Shown here: piece by piece, positions 1 through 11,972 of the stretch
Position numbering within the stretch: position 1 is the first letter of the stretch
Layout: every line of letters begins with the position of its first letter
Assembly (NCBI GenBank): GCA_951406725.2
Contig: OX597832.1
Coordinates: 3,720,001-3,784,000, forward strand
Direction: 5' to 3'
DNA length: 64,000 nucleotides
From: Octopus vulgaris
Taxonomy: Eukaryota
Translations under genes and position numbers: made by a program
Notes under the pieces: generated by a model
Told to the model about the DNA's origin: nothing
Databases searched by the model: none
The model's input: only the letters and a program-made list of their open reading frames with translations

Positions 1-127
1 AATTTTAGCCGTTCATTTTCCCTGAATATTTCTCTTGGTCCATTGTAACTCGGTGAACCCTCTTTAGCGTTTAATAAAATATGTTTATATTCAGGAAAAA
101 GCCCCATCTCATATTTAAAAACACTAC

Positions 128-190
<63 letters not shown>

Positions 191-196
<6 letters not shown>

Positions 197-1980
197 ACCA
201 CAAAAGTAATGTCGCACACATACTAAACAGAAACCGGTTTATTAACAGACTGCTATAACATTGATTGAAGATTGCTAATTAAGAAACCGCTCTGTCCTAA
301 TGATAAAACTTCAAAACCTGAAACATGTTTGACGTCACATAGTGTCACGTGATGAAAGGATGCCCTGGATCCAAAGAGATGAACTCAATATCTCGTGTGA
401 TTATCGTTAGCGTTAATTACCGCCAGGCATCTTCTGTACATTGAATGCACCAAATGATTGATGAAGGCCATTGAGATAGAAGCTCACACTCTGTTAAAAC
501 TTGCAGTGAGTTGTGCCGGATGTCATTTAGCCTTCTTTGGATTTTGTCCCACAGATGATGTATGGGGTTCAAGTTCGGACTTAGGGCAGGTCATGGTAGA
601 CTCTGGATGTTGTACTGTTAGAGGAAGTCTGTTGCCAACCTGGCAGTATGGGCACGGGCGTTGTCGTGTTGAAACACGTGATTCTGATGACTGGCAAAGT
701 ATTACACAATGTGAGGCCTCAACACTTGGTCGATGTAGCGAGCAGCGGTTACTCCATTGCCTTGACTTTGGCCGATGTTTTGGAAGACCACGGGTCCAAT
801 TTTTTTGTTGAGCGCAATCCCGCCTCATACTATTATGCTCTGTCCTTCTCACGAGTTTCTCTCTACCACACAACCATCGGCATAATGTTCACCTCTTCTT
901 TCCCAAACCCTAGCTCTGCCATCTGGCACAGAAATGCAATATCGAGTATCGTCAGAGAAGATTACGGTCCTCCACTGCTGATATCGCCAGTTCTGACGTT
1001 TTTGAGCTCACTGCAGACGTGCCCGTCAATGACAATCTGTGAGGATGAGGCCCCTAGCCGGACGTCGACAAGAGAGATTGAAATATCTCAGTCGACGGCG
1101 AACTGTCTCAGCACAAATAGGTCTGTGGTGAGTTCCTATGGCCTGCCTAGCTGAATCTGTTGCCCTCCGGAATAGGTCCTGCAAGTGCAGGCAGTGCAGG
1201 TGTCGATCTTGACGTACCGTTGTAACCCTCGGTCGGCCAATGCGTTGATGATCATCCATGTTGTGTGTGGTACTGTATCGTTCTCTCAGCCGCTCAGTTG
1301 TCCGAATACTGCAATTCAAGTCATTAGTGATGACCCATGGACGTTGACCAGCATCGAGACGCCCGATGGCTTGCTTCCTCTGATCTCATGTCAGTCTTGG
1401 CATACTTACTGCGTTCAGGAAACGAATTTATTTTCCACTAACAACCTGAGTTAAACATAGAAGAGGACTGTACAGGAGAAAACAAGGGGATACATATGAG
1501 GTCAGGGACTTGAACGAATGTTTAAACAATATGATAAATGATAACCCGTAATTAAAAATCAATGACAATAATTCGAATGAATAACAATTAGAAAGGTGGA
1601 ATGGTTCGAACCCACAAACCACATTCCTACGCCGAACCGTTTTGTAGCCTTTTACATGTTCACTCAACCAGGCTCTTTCACTCCCAGCATACGAACCACC
1701 TCCATCTTTTGCCATATTTGCTGGATGGCAGGCATCTCCTCTCCAGCCGTACTTTCCTTCTCAAAGCGATAATATTTTGGACATTCAACACACCACGAGT
1801 TCCTACACAAGACAACCCCGACAGGTGTCGAGGGACTATCAAAGACGTTTGTAGACTGGCGACACCAAAACAATGAACTTTGGTTGCAACACAACAAGGC
1901 AGGAAATGGTTAGTCTTGTCAAGCCGATCTCTGGACAAAGAGAAGGCACCGAGTTGCTGCTTCTGATGATGCTGATAATA
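191..1980 (-). mobile_element. Degenerate Tc1-family DNA transposon (transposase relic about 385-1403)
   Basis: Minus-strand translation with stops: MPRLT*DQRKQAIGRL...GRPRVTT..QDR, WRTVIFSDD, FQHDNARAHTA, SPNLNPIHHLW, SMYRRCLAVINAN..TRY*. Bounded by (TA)n on both sides; ends approximate. Confidence 0.88.
1425..1770 (-). mobile_element. 3' fragment of an L1/Tx1-type LINE inserted in the Tc1 5' region
   Basis: LRRKVRLERRCLPSSKYGKRW parallels the ORF2 C-terminus [21 protein letters not shown] at about 28100-28160. Followed by a T-rich 3' UTR ending in AATAAA. Confidence 0.6.
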
Positions 1981-1992
1981 CATATACATATA

Positions 1993-2051
<59 letters not shown>

Positions 2052-2329
2052 GAAGGAAAATGCACACAGTTTACATAGTTTTAATATGTTTTGAATTTAT
2101 TTTATAAGTGAAAGAATATTGTGTTGCAGAGTTTTCTATGATAAACGAATTACTTTGGGTTTCTCCTGTATGTTTTATTCCAATGTATGTCCCTGTTTAT
2201 TATACGGAACAGGGGACGTAATTGCTCATTTTATGGGGAGGAGGTAAAGAAATATACAAAAACTCAGAAGCTAATGTAGTGAAATGAAATATTTACACTG
2301 ATGTGTATGTGAACACGAATTTTCTTTGC

Positions 2330-3575
2330 TTAAATGCTCTTGGGCAGAAATTGTTCCTTTGCACTGATAGATGGAGAAAACTGTGACGTTCGGTTGGATA
2401 TTACCTGCACATCTCTCTACGTGTTCACTCAAAGGAATCTACCTGTACTGTGATAAACGGATCTGTTCCTTATGTTGTGTGGTTCTCCGTCTAAGTGCCA
2501 TACTTGTCCGTCCTATATACTCGTATGTCTCATTGTTGTATGCCTCAGTGTTGTATACCTCATTGTTTCTAGGGTTGTACGTTGATACATATGGTCGTTT
2601 TGAGATGTTTCCCATAGTGTTTTAATGCCTAATTCCTTGGTACACTTAATTCCATCGTCTATAAGTGAGGGTGGCTATTGTCTCTCAGTTAGTGTTGTTC
2701 CGAGGTCTTGAAGACGGAGGTCCCAGGTATTTCCATTAAACACTATTATGCAAATCCTTTTTGCTAAATTAAAGGGGATATACCTTCTGATGTGTTTCGG
2801 GTGGCATAAGCTAAACAGAAGATATTGTTTTGTGTCCGTTGGCTTATGGTAAATGTCAGTTACAATTTGGTTGTTAATTTGCTTAGTATTGTTTTAAATT
2901 CTAAAACTTTATCAATGGTCTCATTCCAAATGATAAAGCAGCCATCCAGATACCTTTTCCAGTTTTTCCTTATATAATGATGAAATGGATATTTCATATT
3001 TCATATTTTTTTGTGACACTTCATATATGGTGAATTCAAAATATCCCATTATTAGGTTCGCAAGAACAGGGGCTACTTACGTTCCCATCGCACTTCCGCA
3101 TTTTGGACAATAGTAGGTGCTGTTAAATAGGAAATAATTGTTTTGAAGTATAAATTTTAGTTTTTCAATAATAAAAACTTGGTTTATGCGTTCCGAAAGT
3201 TCTTCGGGATACTTTTCCAACCAGAATTTTTTATTGCTTCTATTCCATAGTCATGTGGGATATTGACGTAAAGATTAATAATATCGAAGGAACTCACTAC
3301 CTTAGCTTTTGAGTTTTTGTATATTTGTTTACCCCTTCTCTCCAAATGAGCAATTACCAATTGGAGATAATCGAAATTCTTTTGCTGCCTTTTTCTTCCT
3401 GTTGAAAGACATAAATTATTTTCTTGTTGTTTGTATTCGTAATTGTGTACCATATTCTCCATTTTTCGTCTTTTTGTGTACCATGTTCTCCGTTTTTGTC
3501 TTCGTTGCCGTACACATTCTCTAGCTTTCTTACAAAGGGGTCTAATGCTCTTAGATTAGACCTTGGGGTGGGCAA
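2330..3575 (-). mobile_element. Penelope-like element remnant (RT + GIY-YIG)
   Basis: Broken minus-strand motifs: SFDIINLYVNIPHDYGIEAIK, CGSAMG, RYLDGCFIIW, YEYIGRTSMALRRRTTQHK. Confidence 0.75.
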
Positions 3576-3862
3576 CCAGATAGAACCGTTTCAAGTGTAA
3601 CGGTCGTGACTTCTGCGACTTGACTGAGGAAAGAAGGCCATGAATGACCCGTATTTTTTTGCCTGTCCTAATTGTTGTTTCTCTTGTCCGCTTTGTATCG
3701 TCTATCTGTCCGAATGTTTTATTGTACTCTATTGCATTTTTGTTCCATATTTATGTGTGTGTGTGTGTATTCTATTCTATTATTCTATTACTCTTTCGTT
3801 TTTCTCCCCTTTTTCTCTCTTGTCCTTTCTTTAATTTTTTTCCCTTTTCCTTTCGCCATTCC

Positions 3863-3905
<43 letters not shown>

Positions 3906-4422
3906 TCCTTTACTCTCTGGTGGCTCCCACGTGACCATCGGTCATCTTTCTTTCTTTTCCTAACTTGTGTTTCTTTCTGATTCAGCTGGACGAATCAGAC
4001 ACATTCTTGTCCAAGCTTGCTTCTTCGCGTTCGCCATCTCATCTCATTTAGGCTTAACAGCCCTTCCTGTTTGTTTTCACTATCCTGTTTTTATTAACAA
4101 TTTTGAGCCTCCGCAAGATCCCAAATTTTATTTAATTTGATTTGCGGGAACAGCTGTTTTATCGAAGGCGTATCTTGTCGTTAAATTGCTCGAAATACAG
4201 ATTAGAAAAACAGCCAACAACTAATGAAGGGCCGTTCGTTATGTTACTTGTCTTGTTTTCCATTTGTTTCTTTCGTTGTTGCAAAAAAGTTCATATTCCA
4301 TGTATTCGTATTTTGTATCTCATGTTTTCGTGACGTCCTATGCCCATATATGCATATGTATATACGTCTATATGTATGTGCATATACGTATGTATATATG
4401 CATATATATTATTTATATTATA

Positions 4423-4469
<47 letters not shown>

Positions 4470-4471
<2 letters not shown>

Positions 4472-4890
4472 CTTTATTTGTTTCAGTCATAAGACTGCGT
4501 CCATACTGGGGCACCACCTTCAAGAATTTTAGAGTTAAACAAATCGATCCCAATAATCTTTCTAAAGTTTGGTACTTATTCTATCGGTCAATTTGGCCGA
4601 ATTGCTAAGTTACGGGGGACTTAAAGATACAAACACTGGTTGTCAAGCAGTTATGAGGGACAAGCATGGAGACATGGCGCGCGCACACACACACAAACAC
4701 ATGCGCACACACACACACACACACATACGACGGGCTTTTTTCAGTTTCCATCTACCAAACCCACTCACAGTATTTTAGTCAGCCCGAGGTTACAGTAGAA
4801 AACAAATGCCCAATGTACCACGCAGTGGAACTGAACTCTAAAACATGTGACTGAGAAGCAAAGTTCTTACTACACTGCCACACCTGCGCA
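4470..4890 (-). mobile_element. tRNA-headed CORE-type SINE (octopus OR1/OR2-like)
   Basis: Same head/core/microsatellite/tail layout as the intact copy at 57508-57950, in reverse orientation. Confidence 0.75.
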
Positions 4891-5304
4891 TATGCATTCA
4901 TGCATACGCACGCACGCATACACGCACACACACATGTACACACGTTCATACATACGTAAATACACACACACGTACATACATACGTAAACACATACGTACG
5001 TACATACATAGATACATACATAATACATACATACATGTTTATACCTGTAATTATTGTGGCACTGGGATATGTAACACACTGCTTAAGAACCAATCTTGAA
5101 AAATGAGGCTTCTCAAAGCAAGAAAGGAGGAAGCTGATTCAATGACCTCAGATCCAAGCCGTCACTGGAACTATAAAAATCTGTAAAACTTTCCTCAAGT
5201 TTATCATTTAAGTATATATGAGTATATCTAGACATGCAGCAATATGCATGAGAATATGTACATAAAACAAACTTACACACACATGCCAACATGCATGCAT
5301 AAAT

Positions 5305-5577
5305 GCATACATACATACATACATACATACATACATACATACATACATACATACCCTCTTGATGTTGAAATTCCAATGAAGGAGCCTGAGATCTAGGTTA
5401 GAAAACGGCTCTTTCTCTATTGGCATGAAATCTTGAAATAAAACTAAATAACGACATACATACATACATACATACATACATACATACATACATACATACA
5501 TACATACATACATACATACATACATACATACATACATACATACATACATACATACATACATACATACATACATACAT
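5305..5577. repeat. (TACA)n microsatellites (two tracts)
   Basis: Pure TACA runs at about 5305-5353 and 5454-5577. Confidence 0.95.
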
Positions 5578-6785
5578 GGCAAAGGTTCCATCGTATCGGA
5601 GATTTCCTGGGTTCTCAGAATATGCTTGTATATATTCAAGACCATCATTCATATCTTATGAAGAAAACGCAGAAGAAACTTTGTGCTCACTGAATATATT
5701 TTAATAAAATATGTCTATATATGCACATACATACATGCGTATGCGTTTTAAATATATATAAATAGATTAAACTAAGTAGTTTATACGCTCATATAAGTAA
5801 TTAATTAATTAGTTATTGAATTACTTATACACATCTGGACTAAAAACGCTGGAGATCGGAATTACCAAATCTTTTAATTAACCTGCATTCGATCTTTTAT
5901 TCTTCCCGCTATTAATTTGCTCTTGAGACTTTCTGATAATTACTCCTAAAATAGTTTTCAACAAAATAATGCTCACAAAACATCTGTTTTGAGTCTAGTA
6001 GCTAACCGCAAAATATTCCATCGTGATGGATTTAAGTAAGAAATATTTCTGTAACTTTCTTTTTATATTTCAAACGAGAAACTTGTTTATTCCTTCCTGT
6101 TTTACATTTTTATACTTTCGATAAACAACTATTCTAAGCAACATTTCGGTATAAATGCTGAATTCAGCTGCGGTGAGTTGAAATTTTTTGACGTCGAGGT
6201 GTATGGTGATATGTATAAACAATAACGCAGACCGGACGTAGTTGTTTAGTTACTAGTTTTCTTGTAAAACTGCATCTTAGTAATAAAGCAGCTGGATGAT
6301 GTACTTCTAAAGTAAAGATGGCGAATTCTCTCTTGTGACCCCATTACTTAGAAATTTATTTGTAAACTTTGAAACTAGTGATAGTTATGTGCAGTTACGA
6401 GTTAATGTTTCTGTGTTAACTTCGTTGTCTATCCCAGATAATCTCAAAACTTCTTTTGATTTTAAAAATGTAGTAGTAGGTAAATGTAAAAGCGCCCTGG
6501 ACATAGATTTTCTAAATTGCTTACATAAATGTTTCTTTTAAATAATCAAAGTTCAACCCTCTTTAAGAGCTTTGATATTTTATACTTTTTGGCGTGAAAG
6601 ATGGTTCATTACATAGCTACTATTTTTACCATCAAGTATATTTTCCCAATATATTTTTTCCACAAAATCCAAAGCAACTTGAAAAGAAATAATCAAATAA
6701 AGACGATTTTTAATAGTTGTATCAGTTGCCATATTTCTTGCACAAAATAATAACTCTAATACCATTAAACTCGCAAGATCTAAAG

Positions 6786-6821
6786 CCCTAACCCTAACCC
6801 TAACCCTAACCCTAACCCTAA
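6786..6821. repeat. Interstitial telomeric repeat (CCCTAA)6
   Basis: Six perfect CCCTAA units, the complement of TTAGGG. Confidence 0.9.
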
Positions 6822-7392
6822 ACCTGTTTGGGATTGGGCACCAGCTTTGGCAACTAAACTTTTCATAAGCTATATTTACATATTCTTCATAATAGCTGAA
6901 GTATCTGTCCTCCCCAGGAATACTCAGAATAACTCATCTGATCTACGATTCTAAAACTGGTTGTCCAATATCTCATCGTTATGCCATTTTCGCATCGAAA
7001 GATTTTAAGTGTACATTTTATTTTACTTTTTAAAAAGTTTTTTTTAAATGTTTATTTCGTCATTCCGTGAAAGATCTTTACTACAAATTCTTAAGAATAA
7101 CTTGATAGTATTCTTTACATCCTCTTTTTCTGCCCCCCCACCTCCCGTCTCACTCTCCATACAGACATCACTATTACTTCCCTTATATCCGTTACTGCGC
7201 AGCCTGCTGAAAACGGTAATTAATGAAAAGAAAGAAAGGACATCCGTATCTAGATTCACTTTTCTGGTTGATTTCAGACACTTTAATGGAATGTTTGACG
7301 TCAAAGCGGAAGCAGACACTACGACTATATCCTATTTGAATCTACAATTTATTATTTTTTCAAAATTAATTTTAGCTATCTTATTGATCAAT

Positions 7393-7408
7393 AGTAGTAG
7401 TAGTAGTT

Positions 7409-7466
<58 letters not shown>
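7393..7466. repeat. (AGT)n microsatellite
   Basis: Visible trinucleotide run; produces the poly-Ser in ORF 7048..7575. Confidence 0.95.
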
Positions 7467-7867
7467 CATGGGGGTATCCGCTGTAACTGCGCGTTGCTGC
7501 ATCCTCCATTTGTTGGTAATTCCTTCCTCCTGGCGGAAAGCACCTTTGCACTACTCACGTGACAAGTTTGGGTAGACGTTGCGGATGAGGGTTTTATGAG
7601 GTCGGAATGTAAATTCTATCTCAACCTCCTTTAGTTACCTTTTACGAAACACAGAGGAAACGTTGGGTTTATCCTTTGAGTAGCCGATCTCTAATTACAT
7701 TTCTAGCAGGCAGTTATATGTAGTGCCTCATGATCTTGAGGTTGCTTTATATTTTGGAATGGATTTTAATAACTTTTGACAATATTCTTCTTGTTGAAGA
7801 TTACGTAATATATTTAGTGTATATGAATTAACAATATACATACATACGCACGCACACACACACACGC

Positions 7868-7901
<34 letters not shown>

Positions 7902-8098
7902 TCATATATAGTTCAAATTTACACAAAATAAAAAGACGAAGACAGGTACGGGAACAACAAGCAAGTGTATTAGTTTGACGCTCGAGAAAGTGAGAAAGTC
8001 TTTGATGTTTCGAGCCTACGCTCTTGGACAGAAAGGATTGAGAGGGAAAAAATGGAGAGAGAACGAAAAGAAAACCGTGAGAGAAAACAATGTGTGTT

Positions 8099-8151
<53 letters not shown>

Positions 8152-8369
8152 AGTAAAGTGTATGGAGACTTGTACATCCACAAAATTTAGTTTATAGTTA
8201 TATACAGCATTTTATGATGACCTAACGTGTTTCCGCTGCAGCGACTACTCACTGTTGCAAATTCAACTTTGCAATATTGTCGGCGCAGCTTCATCGTCGT
8301 GGTTAGCCGTTAACTTGAACTTAACTGAGAGCTAATACGGTATCCACCTAGAAAATATGTCCCTCTGAA

Positions 8370-8423
<54 letters not shown>

Positions 8424-9035
8424 CTAATACTAATCTTGTTTAAAAACATTTAGGTGTTAAGACACGTTGTAGAAAATACTTGGGCTAAATAGTTGAACGT
8501 CCATAATTCCGACATTATTTGTTGCTTTGGCTGTTATTTCTAGCGGGTAGAATTATTACGCGAAGACTCCAACACTAATGTAGCTAAAGAGGTGATGATG
8601 GGACCGATCCTCCCTGGTCAACTTTAGCAAGGTAACTCTTTATATATCTGTTATATCATTTTTCTCATGGTGTTGTGCTAACCTGCAGGACTGTCCCAGC
8701 CGGCAGAAATTCTGACTTCACTGCTTGGTTCCAAAGACAAACGCAAAAATTTCGGAGACTTCAGAGTCTATCAGCAAGAGTCAATTCAGTCGGATGCAAA
8801 AGACGAATTATATTAGTGTAATGTGAAGAGAAAATATGCCGTATTTGCCGGCGAATAAGATAGACCCCTATTTTACAAGTTAATTTTGTGAGAAAAAACT
8901 GAAAAAACAAATTTATTATATTTCATCTAACTTATTGAAAAATATTTTAAAGTGATTTTGTAAGGGAAACTGTAGGATTCTGTACAATGTAGTGATAATA
9001 GAATGGAATAAGTATGATATATAAACTACATTATA

Positions 9036-10718
9036 AAAAATTCTGGGTCATCAATTAGAATTAAAGGGGGATCAGCTAAGAAGCGTTTAGAAAATTGGTC
9101 AACTCATTTTAAAAACCTTCTTGGGAAGAATGCCAAAATCCCTGATAACCCCACTCTTCCAAGTGTGCCTATATCAGACACGCTGGACATCAAAACCTCC
9201 CCTTTTACCATATTTGAACTAACAGCAGCCACCAAGCAACTAAAAGCCTCGAAAGCATTTGGTCCCGACAACATCCCAGCTATAATTTGGAAGGATGATA
9301 GATTTCACACACTTTTGCTCAACCTTTGCAACCACACACTTTCCACCTTTGTCGCTCCAAAGATTTGGCACCAATCTCAAATCATCCCAATACCCAAAAA
9401 AGGCGATTTATCCCTCGTCACCAACTACAGGGGTATATCTCTAATGTCAATTGCTGCAAAACTGTACAACAAACTGATTCTAAATCGTCTTGTCCTTTTT
9501 GTTGAACCTTTGCTCCGAAAGAACCAAAATGGATTCAGACATGGGCGCTCAACGCTGAGCCTGATACTATGCCTACGCAGACTTATTGAAGAATCAAAAG
9601 CATTTAATCGCGATCTTGCAATGGTATTTGTAGACTTTTCTAAAGCGTTCGACTCTGTAGATAGGTACAAGATGTTTGAAATCCTTAAGCTCTATGGGAT
9701 ACCAGACAAAATCATTTCTGCCATCAAGGTCCTCTACACAGATACGTCTTCAACCATCTTAACCCCTGACGTAGAAACATCATCTTTCTCAATCAAAGGC
9801 GGAATACTGCAGGGAGACACACTCGCCCCATTTCTTTTCATCATTGTCGTTGACTATGTGCTACGTATGTCAGTTGATACCATCTCTGGCAAGGGTTTTG
9901 AAATAAAACCAAGAAGAAGTTCCAGACACCCAGCTGAATACTTGACAGACACTGACTTTGCTGACGACATCGCTCTTATCAGTGATTCTCTCTCCAATAC
10001 CCAGTCTCTTTTACAATCTCTCTAACAAGCCTCAAATTGTGTAGGTCTTTACCTCAATGAGGCCAAGACTGAATATATAAACAAGTGCCTGTCCAACAGT
10101 GATTGCATCATCCATACTCTCAACAATGCGCCCTTAAATATGGTTTCTGATTACAAATATATTGGGTCATACATATCATCATCTGGAAAAGACTTTCTAA
10201 CTAGAAAGGGTATGGCCTGGTCAGCCTGTAATGACATTCATAAGATCTTGTCATCAAATCTAAGTAGAGACTTCAAACTTGAAATCTTCAAAGCTACAGT
10301 CGAACCAATTCTACTATATGGCTCAGAAACCTGGACGTTATCAAACAAGCTTGAGAGGCGGTTGGATGGAACCTACACTCGCCTCCTTATGAGAGCTCAA
10401 AATCTCTCGTGGAGGCGCCATCCAGCCAAAATGGAAATATATGGGAAACTACCACCTGTGTCATCTCTTGTGAAAGGTAGGAGAGTCCAGTTTGCTAGAC
10501 ATTGTTGTAGAGCTGAAAAAGAGGTAATTTCTACTCTTCTCCTCTGGAAGCCATCTACTCGCAATACCAGAGGGCGCACACTCTCCTACCCTGATGTAAT
10601 CTCCAGGGATACAGGCATCCAGCAACAGGACCTCCGTAATGCCATGATGGACCGTGAAGTCTGGCGTAGCATGGTAAATTCCATTGTCTCGACCACGGTC
10701 GAACAATGATGATGAATG
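9036..10718 (+). mobile_element. 5'-truncated RTE-clade LINE (reverse transcriptase)
   Basis: One reading frame from about 9036 to 10709 with a single stop at 10023-10025. RT motifs: NYRGISL, QNGFR, FVDFSKAFDS, LQGDTLAPFLF, FADD. (GAT)n tail. 8-bp target duplication ACATTATA at 9028-9035 and 10719-10726. Confidence 0.93.
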
Positions 10719-10943
10719 ACATTATACGAGTACCGTTATTCAGTTATATCTTCGTTCAGATGAACGGTATAGCTGTTTATATTTTGGTCAAGAGAATTTT
10801 CACACAGGATATAAAATTTGTATTTTTCGTTATTGTGTTTTGTGTTATTGCCTTTGGCTGCCAGATTTGTTATCACTAACTTATTGCAAATGGATGATTG
10901 TTTAACATTCCTTTCATATTTCCAGGAGAATTTTCATTCAGAT

Positions 10944-11190
10944 CAGTGGTTCCCAAACATTTTCAATGGACCCCTTTGATTTCTATTTTACTTGGGTGGA
11001 CCCTTGTAACCATTCGATGTTTTAAAACATTTTACATTTTTATAATTAAATGTTATTAGGAATTGTATAGAAAATTGTTAAAATATTTTGTGCATTGTAG
11101 AAGTTTAACCAATTTATTGAACATTAATTTTAACAGCAAAATCTTATGTGGCCCTCCAAGGGTCATATTAACCCAGGTTGAGCACCACTG
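10944..11190. mobile_element. hAT (Charlie-like) MITE
   Basis: Termini CAGTGGTTCCCAAAC ... GGTTGAGCACCACTG; the 8-bp flanks match only partly. Confidence 0.65.
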
Positions 11191-11825
11191 ATTTAAGTAG
11201 TTTTAAAAACGTCTCTTAATGGTAACAAAATCATTAAATAATGTAAGATACACACCAGGTGTGGGTTATGTATGCTGGGGAAGATGGTTCAACGAGATGA
11301 TGTGACTACCAACGTATCGAAAGTAGTTTGTGCTAACAGACTGTGATATTTAAATTTTTTTCAGTATCATATTATTAGTAGCGATTACTGTGCGTAACGT
11401 ACTTACGCTTACCCAGTTCTCTAGCTTATAACACTCGATATCTCATATATAGTACGGCTGCATAAGATGTAGGGCGATTTTTTGTACATTAAAAAATTTA
11501 AAAAAGCGCGTCGTATACTCCAACAAATTAACTTTTCAGATGGGTCTCTTCCATACCTCTTCAGAGATCTTTCCGATTGACCTGGGACTCAATTTTCTTG
11601 AAAGTTTCAGTACACATGTAGCTCTGAGTGCCAATTACAAAAGCCAACGACTTTTTTTAATTTCTTAAAATTAATAATGTAAAAAATTACGAACCATTAT
11701 AGATTAAAAGTTTTGCAATAATATGGATTTTTCTCTGCGCGTCTAATGGAAAAGATCCTATTTTAGTGGAGGTGTCTATATTTTATATTGGGTGGATATA
11801 ATTTACAGTATTTTTTAAATTTTAG

Positions 11826-11972
11826 AATAATGCTGGTGAAATCAGAGAGGACTCTCCTCTTAATTTAAATGTGATCCCTCTGTGGGAGAAGAATATAACT
11901 GGAAGAGGAATTCGTATTTGTGTTCTTGATGATGGTTTAGACTATACACACCCAGATATTGCCAGAAACTAC
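11826..11972 (+). CDS. Convertase exon A (catalytic Asp)
   Basis: tttag|AATAAT...AACTAC|gtgagt, 147 nt, phase 0/0: [49 protein letters not shown]. Confidence 0.93.

Larger units (their letters stand above)
8839..11530. mobile_element. Possible Tc2/pogo-like non-autonomous DNA element interrupted by RTE and hAT insertions
   Basis: Left end CCGTATTTGCCGGCGAATAAGA and degenerate right end CGTCGTATACTCCAACAAATTA resemble Tc2-type inverted termini. Confidence 0.4.

Noticed and set aside
7044-7575. ORFs 7048..7575 (+) and 7044..7319 (-)
   Set aside because: No recognisable domain or splice context; the length of the + ORF is inflated by the (AGT)n tract.
7995-8036. Hammerhead-like motif on the minus strand (CTGTCCA..GAGC/GCTC..GAAAC)
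   Set aside because: Two core positions deviate; treated as a decayed Penelope-type end. The same applies to weaker motifs at about 8220-8300, 20545-20575 and 48881.
8680-8820. Possible upstream exon after CTAAC..TGCAG
   Set aside because: No frame gives the expected prodomain end (RxKR...DP...QWYL), and two frames close with stops. No convincing upstream convertase exon was found in 1-11825.
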